DNA of 43,546 nucleotides. It comes from Candidatus Zhuqueibacterota bacterium (lineage in GTDB: Bacteria > Zhuqueibacterota > Zhuqueibacteria > Thermofontimicrobiales > Thermofontimicrobiaceae). Both the position numbers and the translations under genes were made by a program. Location of the stretch: NCBI GenBank assembly GCA_049322915.1, contig JBMOPW010000040.1, positions 1-43,546 on the forward strand. The letters are read 5' to 3'. The stretch's first letter is position 1; the number at the start of each line of letters is the position of its first letter. The notes below the pieces were generated by a model that worked only from the letters and a program-made list of their open reading frames with translations, made no database searches and was not told the origin of the DNA. Shown here in pieces: positions 21,036 through 30,500 of the stretch.

Positions 21036-22103
21036 ATGAATACATACAGGCTAACAACATTCATTCTGGCCATCAGCCTACTGGTGATTGGCTTCTCTGA
21101 GGGTTTGGCGCAGGAACCGTATCGCGTCGGGACGACAGCGGCCGGATTCCTGGAAATCGGCTACGGCAGCGCCGGCAGCGCCATGGGCGACGCCTACGTG
21201 AGCGTGGCGCGCGACCTTTCATCCGTGTACTGGAACCCGGCAGGCCTGGCTTACATGGATAACAACGAAGCGCAGTTCACCTACCAGCCGTGGATTGCCG
21301 ACATCAACACCTCGTTCATCGGCGTGGGCATGGTCTATCCCTCGTTCGGAACCGTGGCGTTGAGTCTCATTCAGGTGGGCTACGGCGATATGCCGGTGAC
21401 CAATCTGGATATGCAGGACGGTACAGGCGAGTTGTTCACTGCGTCGGATCTGGCGTTCAGCGCGTCCTATGCCCGCCGGCTGGCTCAGTGGTTCGCCTTT
21501 GGCGCATCAGCGAAATTCATTTCATCGAAAATCTGGCACACCAGCGCCAAAGCCGTGGCAGTGGATCTGGGCGTCATTGTGAACACGCACTTTTTCTCAC
21601 CCACCGGCAAGCGGGAAGATGGCCTCAATATCGGCATGAGCATTTCCAATTACGGGACGAAAATGAAATACGACGGCATTGACCTGCTTTTTCCCATCGA
21701 TATCCTTCCGGATGAAGAGGGTAACTACCGCGATGTGGAAGGGAAATTCAGCCTGCAATCGTGGGAATTGCCGCTGATATTCCGCATCGGCGTCTCGCAC
21801 TCGCCCATCATCATTGGCCAGCATCGACTCATGGTGTCGGTGGATGCGCTGCACCCGAACAATAATTCGGAATCGGTAAATCTGGGCGTGCAGTACCAGT
21901 TGACGCTTCCTTCCTACGGCGAGTTCTATCTGCGCGCCGGTGAGAAGGCGCATTTCATGGAGGACACTGAGTTCGGCACGACGTTCGGCGGAGGCTTCCT
22001 GCTGCGAATGATGAATAATATGGGACTGAAACTCGATTACGGCTATCGCAATGTCGGCGTGCTGGGGAATGTTCATGTGTACACGCTGGGACTGATATTT
22101 TAA
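21036..22103 (+). CDS. PorV/PorQ-family (FadL-like) outer-membrane beta-barrel
   Basis: GTTAAGFLEIG...AMGDAY...VYWNPAGLA, DLAFSASYAR, ELPLIFRIG, LDYGY, C-terminal Phe. Confidence 0.85.
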   Translation: MNTYRLTTFILAISLLVIGFSEGLAQEPYRVGTTAAGFLEIGYGSAGSAMGDAYVSVARDLSSVYWNPAGLAYMDNNEAQFTYQPWIADINTSFIGVGMVYPSFGTVALSLIQVGYGDMPVTNLDMQDGTGELFTASDLAFSASYARRLAQWFAFGASAKFISSKIWHTSAKAVAVDLGVIVNTHFFSPTGKREDGLNIGMSISNYGTKMKYDGIDLLFPIDILPDEEGNYRDVEGKFSLQSWELPLIFRIGVSHSPIIIGQHRLMVSVDALHPNNNSESVNLGVQYQLTLPSYGEFYLRAGEKAHFMEDTEFGTTFGGGFLLRMMNNMGLKLDYGYRNVGVLGNVHVYTLGLIF

Positions 22104-22363
22104 GCCGTCGGGCAAATGAACTTTTACGCGCTCGGTGCAGTTCTATGCTTCAGGTGTAATGAAAACGAACATAGGCGCCGGGCGCGATTTCAGCGCTGCT
22201 GCAAAAAGCGGAAGCTGTACTGATTATTTTGAACCACGAATTTTAAAAAATTAAAAAGACGATCCGTCGGTTTAGCACCTTCAGCCTCCAAGACTCAAAA
22301 ACTCGAAATTTATTTTTAAAACTTTGATTCAGTCTCCTGACATTTCAAATTCGTTGACTCACA

Positions 22364-22399
22364 CCCTTCTCCCACCGGGAGAAGGGCCGGGGATGAGGG
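22364..22399. repeat. REP-like GC-rich hairpin element
   Basis: CCCTTCTCCC-acc-GGGAGAAGGG (10-bp perfect stem) followed by CCGGGGATGAGGG. Confidence 0.65.
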
Positions 22400-22597
22400 A
22401 AAGAATCATTACATTATTTTCAAATTATTTTTAAGTGAAGCTGAATAGTGACTCTGTTTAGTTTTTAAGTCCAAAGATTTTTTGTAGTGACTCTGGTTCA
22501 AAGCAGCCAGTTCAAGGTTTACGGGAAGTGAAAATTAAACTCACTTTTGTCATTCAAGCCTGGCAAACAGCCCGGGAATTTACCCGGTAAGGTCATT

Positions 22598-22627
22598 AAC
22601 CCGGAACCTGGAACCCTGAACCCTGAA
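22598..22627 (+). repeat. Heptamer short tandem repeat, 4 copies
   Basis: AACCCGG AACCTGG AACCCTG AACCCTG AA. Confidence 0.7.
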
Positions 22628-22698
22628 AATCCTCTCCGGATCAAGGAGCCCTTTTCAGAAATTTAAATCGATCATTTCGTACAATACTTTTTCTCAGC

Positions 22699-24255
22699 AT
22701 GAATTCAGTGAAAGGCAGAATGACTTTTTCAACAAAATATCCCGGACCAAGCTTCGGCGGCCGTCCCTGGACGGCGCTGCTTCTGGCAATGCTCCTCATT
22801 TTTTCGAATTGCGGAAAGGAATCGGATAAAATTCCGGACGGGAAGATACTGGCGCGGGTCGGCGATACCATCATCACAGTCGATGAATTCCGGCGTCGCG
22901 CGGATTACACCATCCGCCCCATGTATTGCAACGGCGAGAACTACATTCACCGAAAGATCATTTTGAATTCGTTGATAGCCGAAAAACTGCTGGCGCTGGA
23001 AGCGGGCGAATCCAACGAGCTTACCGGGAGTGAGCAGTTTCGCGACTACATCCAGGGACGCGAGGAACAATCGCTGCGCCAATGGCTGTTTTATCATGAT
23101 TTCTATGACTGCGTTGCGCTGGATACCGCGGACATCCGGGCGAAGTACAAGGCAGCCGCCAGAGAATATACCATCGAGTACGTCTCGTTGAAGGATAGCG
23201 CCATTGCCGGAGAAATCGGGCGTCAGCTTCTGGCCGGCGACACGTTTGAGAATGTCTTTGCCGCGCTCGATTCGCTGCCGCAGCGGAAGGTCACCTGGGA
23301 ATCCCCGGAGCATGAGAAAATCCACGCCGCGCTGTTCAGCGGGCTGCTGCCCAAAGGGCGCATCATCGGCCCGCTGAAAATTGAACGCGATTTTTACATG
23401 GTCATGCGAGTGGCCGGCTATTCCGATGTGCATTACCTGACTGACTTTGATATCCGAAATCGCTACCGGGACGTTCAGGAGCGGATGACCCTGGACGCTG
23501 CCGTGGAGAGCTACGCGCAATTTGTTCAATCCGTGATGAAAGGGAAGCGGATCGATTTCAACCGGGACACTTTCAGGAAGCTGGTGAACCTCATCGGGCC
23601 GCTGTATCTGGCCGCTTCGAACCGAAATGAGGATGCGTTCGCCGGTCAGATCTGGCGCAAAGAAACAGAGGAGGTGTCGCTGGATTCCGTCTCGACCGAC
23701 ATCGATAAAATGGGGGAGGAGACCCTGCTCAAAATTGATGACGATGTCTGGACTGTGGCGCGCTTCAAAAAGGAATTGAATATTCATCCGCTCGTATTCC
23801 GGAAGAAGCAGATGAAGAAGGGCGAATTTTCAGAACAGTTCAAATACGCTGTCGCCGATATGATCCGCGATAAATATCTGGCCAACGAGGCGCGCCGAAA
23901 GGGCTACGATCGCGCGTTCGCTGTGTCCAACAATGTGGCAATGTGGCGGGATCATCTGATGGGGCTGTATCGCCGGAATGAATTCCTTGCCGAACGGGGC
24001 AAACTGGCCAGCTTTCAGAAAAACTACCTGACGATCCTCGATCACGATGTGAATCCCTACATCCGCGAGCTATTCCAGAAGTATTCCAATCAAATTCAGA
24101 TCAATACAGCGCTGTTCGAACGCACCGAACTTTCGCGAATCGATATGGTGGCGCTGCAAACCAATGTGCCGTTTCCTGTCGTCGTCCCGAATTTCCCCAT
24201 TGTCACGACGCACGATAAATTGGATTACGGCAGCCAGATGACCGGAACAAAGTAA
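22699..24255 (+). CDS. Foldase/peptidylprolyl-isomerase-like (SurA/PrsA-type) lipoprotein
   Basis: Lipobox LIFSNC; ILARVGDTIITVDEF, ILNSLIAEKLLALEA and a second similar module; the parvulin core looks degenerate; start may be ATG 22720. Confidence 0.55.
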   Translation: MNSVKGRMTFSTKYPGPSFGGRPWTALLLAMLLIFSNCGKESDKIPDGKILARVGDTIITVDEFRRRADYTIRPMYCNGENYIHRKIILNSLIAEKLLALEAGESNELTGSEQFRDYIQGREEQSLRQWLFYHDFYDCVALDTADIRAKYKAAAREYTIEYVSLKDSAIAGEIGRQLLAGDTFENVFAALDSLPQRKVTWESPEHEKIHAALFSGLLPKGRIIGPLKIERDFYMVMRVAGYSDVHYLTDFDIRNRYRDVQERMTLDAAVESYAQFVQSVMKGKRIDFNRDTFRKLVNLIGPLYLAASNRNEDAFAGQIWRKETEEVSLDSVSTDIDKMGEETLLKIDDDVWTVARFKKELNIHPLVFRKKQMKKGEFSEQFKYAVADMIRDKYLANEARRKGYDRAFAVSNNVAMWRDHLMGLYRRNEFLAERGKLASFQKNYLTILDHDVNPYIRELFQKYSNQIQINTALFERTELSRIDMVALQTNVPFPVVVPNFPIVTTHDKLDYGSQMTGTK

Positions 24256-24273
24256 CTGCGGAGAAAAGAGCGA

Positions 24274-25326
24274 ATGATTTCTAAAATGATACCCCTGCGC
24301 GTTTTTATTATTTTCACGATCCTGGTCAATGCGAGTCTCTTTTCCTACTGCAAACCCCAATCCAGCGAGCCCGACGCAAGCCGGAATGAAGAGGTCGATG
24401 CGTTTGCACAGAATGAGCTGATTGCCCGAAGCGTCAATCTGGGAAATGCGCTGGAAGCGCCGAACGAGGGGGAATGGGGCGTCACACTGCAGAGCGAGTA
24501 TTTCAGGAAAATAAAATCCGCCGGCTTCACCGGGGTGCGCATTCCCATCCGATGGTCTGCCCACGCCGAGGTCGATTCGCCGTACACTATCTCGTCGGAT
24601 TTCCTGCAGCGCGTCGATTGGGCCGTGAACGAAGCGCTCACCAATGACCTCGCCGTGATGATCAACATGCATCATTACGAAGAAATCATGGAAGATCCGT
24701 ACGGCCAGAAAAAGCGCTTTCTTGGCTTGTGGCAGCAATTAGCCCGGCATTATCGATCTTATTCCAGCGCATTGTTTTTCGAAGTGCTGAATGAGCCGAC
24801 CAATAAATTGACTGCCGAAATCTGGAACGAATTTCTGGTCGAAGCCATTCGCGTCATCAGGCAACAGAACAAATACCGCACACTGGTCATTGGCACGGCG
24901 GAATGGGGTTCGTTCAGCGCATTGAAAAAATTGGTGGTGCCGGAAGATGACACCAACATCATCGTGACATTCCATTATTACAACCCCTTCCAGTTCACCC
25001 ACCAGGGCGCCGAATGGGTGAGCGGTTCGGAGCAATGGTTAGGCGCCACGTGGCGCGGAACTGCCAATGAAGAACTAGCCATTAGCCAGGAATTGGATCA
25101 GGTCGTTCTCTGGGCGCAGCAACATCAACGGCCGCTCTTTTTGGGTGAGTTCGGCGCATACAATAAAGCGGATATGGCGTCCCGCTATGCCTGGACAAAT
25201 TTCATCGCGCGCGAGGCTGAAAAACGCGATATGAGTTGGGCCTACTGGGAGTTCTGCGCCGGCTTTGGCATTTACGAGGCGGGAACCGGTCAGTGGAATT
25301 ATCTGCTGGATGCCCTGATTCCGTGA
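24274..25326 (+). CDS. GH5 endoglucanase lipoprotein (resembles Thermotoga Cel5A type)
   Basis: VNLGNALEAPNEGEWG, VRIPIRWSAH, INMHHY, FEVLNEP, FHYYNPFQFTHQGAEW, LFLGEFGAY, SWAYWEF; lipobox-like SLFSYC. Confidence 0.92.
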   Translation: MISKMIPLRVFIIFTILVNASLFSYCKPQSSEPDASRNEEVDAFAQNELIARSVNLGNALEAPNEGEWGVTLQSEYFRKIKSAGFTGVRIPIRWSAHAEVDSPYTISSDFLQRVDWAVNEALTNDLAVMINMHHYEEIMEDPYGQKKRFLGLWQQLARHYRSYSSALFFEVLNEPTNKLTAEIWNEFLVEAIRVIRQQNKYRTLVIGTAEWGSFSALKKLVVPEDDTNIIVTFHYYNPFQFTHQGAEWVSGSEQWLGATWRGTANEELAISQELDQVVLWAQQHQRPLFLGEFGAYNKADMASRYAWTNFIAREAEKRDMSWAYWEFCAGFGIYEAGTGQWNYLLDALIP

Positions 25327-25356
25327 TTTTGTACCTTTTGAACGAGCGAGAAAATA

Positions 25357-26214
25357 ATGATGAAACGAATGGTCACGACTGGCCTGATGATATGGCTCGC
25401 CTTTGCGCTGAGCATTTCCTGTGATAAGTCGGACGACAATCCGATGAATTCCACCGATGATGACATACCCATCCCGGCAGGCTACACGCTCATCTGGCAC
25501 GATGAATTCGACGGCCCGGAGATCGATGATTCCAGATGGGAGCATGAGGTGAATGCGGATGGCGGCGGTAACAATGAGCTTCAATATTACACCGATCGCA
25601 GCGTCAATTCCTACATCGAAGACGGCGCGTTGATTATTCGGGCGCTCAAAGAGCAGTATACCGGCCCGGGCGGCACGCGCAGCTACACCTCCGCGCGATT
25701 GCGGACGCTGAAAAAAGGTGATTGGAAATACGGCCGTTTTGAAATACGCGCGAAACTGCCCTTTGGGAAAGGTCTCTGGCCGGCAATCTGGATGCTGCCG
25801 ACTGATTGGATTTATGGCGGCTGGCCGGTGAGCGGCGAAATCGACATCATGGAACTCATCGGCGATGAGCCCAACAAGGTCTATGGAACCCTGCATTACG
25901 GCGCTTCCTATCCCAACAACACCTCCAGCGGAGATTCCTATACCCTGGCCGAGGGCGACTTCAGCCAGAATTTTCACGTCTTCATCCTGGAGTGGGAGGA
26001 GAAACAATTTCGCTGGTACATCGATTCCATTTTCTACCAGAGTCAATCCGAGTGGTGGTCCGGGAATGGCGCTTACCCGGCACCGTTCGACCAATTCTTC
26101 CACATGATCCTGAATGTGGCTGTCGGCGGCAACTGGCCCGGCAATCCCGATGTGTCGACCCAATTCCCGCAGAAGATGGCAGTCGATTACGTGCGGGTTT
26201 TCAAGAAGAAATAG
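25357..26214 (+). CDS. GH16 laminarinase (endo-beta-1,3-glucanase) lipoprotein
   Basis: LIWHDEFDG, GGGNNELQYY, YTSARL, GLWPAIWML, WPVSGEIDIME, ILNVAVGGNWPG, VDYVRVF; lipobox ALSISC. Confidence 0.95.
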   Translation: MMKRMVTTGLMIWLAFALSISCDKSDDNPMNSTDDDIPIPAGYTLIWHDEFDGPEIDDSRWEHEVNADGGGNNELQYYTDRSVNSYIEDGALIIRALKEQYTGPGGTRSYTSARLRTLKKGDWKYGRFEIRAKLPFGKGLWPAIWMLPTDWIYGGWPVSGEIDIMELIGDEPNKVYGTLHYGASYPNNTSSGDSYTLAEGDFSQNFHVFILEWEEKQFRWYIDSIFYQSQSEWWSGNGAYPAPFDQFFHMILNVAVGGNWPGNPDVSTQFPQKMAVDYVRVFKKK

Positions 26215-26485
26215 CCGGCCTCGATCCTTGCGGCGTGTCCTGCGTCGCAGTTTGTTCCTGTCTGCGCGGCTGCATCAACGCCGCGATTGTCACCTCGTTC
26301 CAACCCGGCGAAGTTCACCTCTCGCCCGCTGCGCTGATAATGGGGGAGAGGCGAACGCGCTGCCAGGTCTCGTTGCCCCGAATATCCCTTTTAAAATAGT
26401 CCATCGAAATTTCTCACGAAGCGGCTCCTACCGAAAACGCCCTGGCTGCGGCCCATCCCGGTCAGCGAAAAATCAACTCTGTTAA

Positions 26486-26638
26486 CCTGCATTATTCATC
26501 GTATATTTAAAGGAGGCTGGCTAACCTGAATGGTGCTCTTTTTAGAATAAACGTATAAAAACTGAGTTTCAAAATAGCTTAGCCTTTAGCTAATTGAAAA
26601 TCTGAATGTTGACTCAAATTCTGAGTGAATAATTCAGG
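26486..26638. mobile_element. 153-bp MITE-like element
   Basis: Terminal inverted repeats CCTGCATTATTCA / TGAATAATTCAGG (12/13), TTAA on both flanks, no ORF; a partial inverted copy lies at 43345-43420. Confidence 0.6.
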
Positions 26639-26812
26639 TTAAAAATATCTATCCCCACGGTGCACCCCATTTTGAAAATAGCATAAAAAAGGTATTGGAA
26701 ATGTTTTTATTCAGGTGGGAAAATTGCTTATCCTTCGCTTAAATTGAATATTTTGAGAATGATTGTCCCTGGAGCTTGTTCGGGCAAAGTAATAACGATT
26801 TCAAAATATTTC

Positions 26813-26840
26813 TTGCATGTTTTCAAAAAAATATTATAAT
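26813..26840 (+). promoter_or_regulatory. Putative sigma-70 promoter upstream of the repeat array and NLR-like gene
   Basis: TTGCAT-N16-TATAAT in an AT-rich context. Confidence 0.35.
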
Positions 26841-26896
26841 TGCATAATTGTTTATAGGCGCTCCTTTTGAGTTTGTTTAATTCATTGTAAAAGCAT

Positions 26897-27496
26897 GCCA
26901 CGAGCTGAAGCATCCCGAAGTTATGGGACAGGCTGTGGCTATTCAGAAGTTCGGGGCAATTTAGAATTCTGGGCCATCCGAAAATGTAAATTGGTTGGCT
27001 CTAATTGAATAGCCCCGATCTTTAGATCGGGGACAAATGAGCTTCCCTAACCGATTTCGGGCTTTAGCCCATTTGCTTCGCGCACGAGCTGGGGCTAAAG
27101 CCCCGGGATATTTTTTTTGGGAGAATTCTATCCACGAGCTAAAGCATCCCGAAGTTACGGGACAGGCTGTGGCTATTCAGAAGCTTGTGGCAATTTAAAG
27201 CTTGGGGAAATTTATAATTCTGGGCCATCCGAAAATTTAAATTGGTTTGCTCTGATTGAATAGCCCCGATCTTTAGATCGGGGACAGATGGCCCTCCCCC
27301 AACGATTTCGGGCTTTAGCCCATTTGCACGCGCACGAGTTGGGGCTAAAGCCCCGGGATATTTTTTTCGGAGCATTCTATCCACGAGTTAAAACTCGTGG
27401 CAATTCAAAGCTCGATGCGTTGGCTCTGTTTGAATAGTCCCGATTTTTCGTTCGGGAATACATGGCGCACCCCAACCAATTTTCAGGCGTTCGCCC
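26897..27496. repeat. Tandem array of ~240-bp palindrome-rich REP-like units (about 2.5 copies)
   Basis: Units start at CCACGAG 26898, 27132 and 27381 (periods 234 and 249); they contain CCCCGATCTTTAGATCGGGG, GGGCTTTAGCCC/GGGCTAAAGCCC and CCACGAGTTAAAACTCGTGG-type palindromes. Confidence 0.9.
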
Positions 27497-27530
27497 ATTT
27501 TAAAAAAAACAAACTTAAGAAAGGAACCCT

Positions 27531-30500
27531 ATGAAAGCCGCCCCACTGTGGTACTCCCGACCCATCTTTATCACCTCTACTTTTCGCGACATGCACGCCG
27601 AACGCGACTATCTGCGCAACGTGATTTTCCCGGAACTGGAAGAACGCCTGAAGGAACGCCGCCACATGCTGGAACCGATTGACCTGCGCTGGGGCGTGGA
27701 GACGGTGAGCGTGGATGAGGAGCACTCCAAAGAACTGCTGGTGTTAAAAGTCTGCCTCGCGGAAATCGAGCGCAGCCGGCCGTTTCTCATTGCCCTGCTC
27801 GGCGACCGCTACGGCTGGACGCCGCCGGAAGAGCGCCTGGCCGCCGCAGCCCAGGAAGCCGGGTTCACCGGCGATGTGCGCCAGAAAAGCATCACCGCGC
27901 TGGAGATCGAATTCGGCGTGCTCGACAGTCCGGATCAGCGCCGGCGCAGTTATTTCTACTTCCGCGAGCCTCTGCCGTATGACACGATGCCGGCCGAAGT
28001 CGCCGCGCTTTACAGCGACGCCCATAGCACCGCGCCCGAAGCCGTTGCCGCAGCGCAGCGACTGGCTGAGCTCAAACGCCGCATCGAACGCCAGCCGGAC
28101 CTGAAAGACCGCGTGCGTCATTACCGCGCCGGCTGGGACGAAGCCCAACAGGAAGTGACCGGCCTGGAAGCCTGGGGCAACATGGTGCTGGAAGACCTGT
28201 GGCGCGATTTGCAGGACGAGACCGAAAAATATTTGCGCGCGCCGATTCCGACCTGGCAGGAACAGGAACGCTGGGCACTGGAAGAGTTCGTGCAGGGACG
28301 CAGCCGCGTATTCATCGGAAGGCAGGCGATCAGCGACCAACTCATGCGCACGGCGCTGGCGCCGGATGCGCCGGACACGCCGCAGGAACTCTGTCTGATC
28401 GGGGATCCCGGCTCCGGCAAGAGCGCGCTGTTCAGCCATCTTTATCGGCGACTGCAAAAGGAAGACGTGCTGCTGCTGGCCAACGCCGCCGGCATCAGCC
28501 CGGACTCCGCCTCTGTGGATGCCATTGTCCGGCGCTGGATTGAAGAAATCGCCCTGTTCCTTGGCATTCGCAATCCGCTTTCGGAGAAGCCGACGGCCGA
28601 TGAACTGCGGGACCAATTGACCCTTCTGTTGGGCCGCGCCGGCGCGCAGCAGCGGGTGATTCTGTTGCTCGACGCCCTGAACCAGTTGGAACAAACGCCC
28701 CGCGCGCGCCAGCTCACCTGGCTGCCAAAAACACTGCCGCCGAACGTGCGCCTCATCGCCACCGCCTTGCCCGGCGCAGAAGCCGAGGCGGTCAGCCGAC
28801 GCAATGGGCAGACGCTGAACTTGCCGCCGTTGCCGGCGCCGGAAGCCCGCGAGATCATAAACGCCGCATGCAGCCGCTATCACCGCCAGATTCACCCGCA
28901 GGTGGCCGCCATGCTGCTGGATAAAAAAGACGCTGCCGGCAACCCGGTCTGCGGCAATCCGCTCTGGCTGGAACTGGCCGTGGACCAACTCAACCTGCTG
29001 GACAGCGACGACTTCACCCGCGCCGAGCGCCAGTACCAGGGCAGCGCCGAAGAAAAATTGCACCAGTTGCTGCTGGACACGGCGCGGCAACTGCCGAATT
29101 CAATCGAAGGGCTTTACGACTGGATGCTGGCCGGCAACGAAACCGCCTACGGCGAAGCCTGGAGCAAAGCTCTGGCGGTGTCCATTGCCCTGAGCCGCAG
29201 CGGCTGGCGGGAGAGCGACCTGCGCGCGCTGCTGCCGCAGTTCAGCGAAACGCCCTGGGATGACCTGCGCTTTGCCGCGCTGCGCCGGGGATTTCGCGCC
29301 CATCTGGTCCGGCGCGGCGGCCTGGGTCAATATGATTTTTTCCACCAGCAGATGCGCCTGGCCGTGTCTCGCCGCTACTTCAGCGACGAGCGCACGAAAC
29401 AGGCGATGCACCATGCGCTTGCCGATTACCTGGCCACCCTGCCGGACAACGACGCCCTGCGCTGCAGCGAACGCATGGTGCACCTGCTCGCCGCCGGCGT
29501 GGACACCGAAGCTGCGCGCTATTATGCCGGGTATCTGAACGACGCTGAATTGAACGGCGCCACCCGCGGCCTGGCCGAACAAGTTTTAGCAGCTCAGGGA
29601 ACAACTCCCAACCTGGCGATGGCGCGATTGACGGCCTGGCTGACCGATACAAATCTCACCCATGCCCAGCAGGGGCTCATCTGTCAGCGATTCAATTTTA
29701 ATCTCCGTGACGCCATTTCCAATGCAGCAGACCTGTCAACCCAACGACAATTATTAGAACCGGTAAAACAGACATTGGAGAGATTGTCGCAGTCGGATCC
29801 GTCGAATACGGCGTGGCAGCGCGACCTGGCTGCGGCTCATTGTTTTGTTGGAATAATCTTTCAACAACAAGGCAAACTTGCTGAGGCTTTAAATGAATAC
29901 CAAGCTTATAAAAAGGGAATGGAGAAATTGTCGCAGTCGGATCCGTCGAATACGGCGTGGCAGCGCGACCTGTCCGTGAGCTATAATAAGGTTGGCGAAG
30001 TGTTGATCGCGCAGGGAGATCTGGTCCAGACGCATACGGCCTATCGCCAGTCGCTGGGGATTGCCGAGAAATTGTCGCAGTCGGATCCGTCGAATACGGC
30101 GTGGCAGCGCGACCTGGCTGCGAGCTATTCTAAGGTGGGTGATGTGTTGATCGCGCAGGGTGATCTGGTCCAGGCGCAGACGGCCTATCGCCAGTCGCTG
30201 GGGATTGCCGAGAAATTGTCGCAGTCGGATCCGTCGAATAGCCAATGGCAATTTGATCTGGGTATCAGTAATGAACGAATGGGGACTGTATTCCAGGCGC
30301 AGGGTAACTTAGAACGAGCGTTGCATCATTATAAAAACAAGCAATCAATCATAGAGAAATTGTCGCAGTCGGATCCGTCGAATACGGCGTGGCAGCGCGA
30401 CCTGTCCGTGAGCTATAATAAGGTGGGCGATGTGTTGATCGCGCAGGGAGATCTGGTCCAGGCGCAGACGGCCTATGGCCAGTCGCTGGGGATTCGGGAG

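Noticed and set aside
26728..26913. 61-aa minus-strand ORF, possibly a gene remnant
   Set aside because: Short, AT-rich, begins inside the repeat array and has no convincing motif or RBS
26897..27496. CRISPR array or integron attC array
   Set aside because: Units are ~240 bp and similar along their whole length with no unique spacers; no consistent RYYYAAC/GTTRRRY boxes noticed and no integrase
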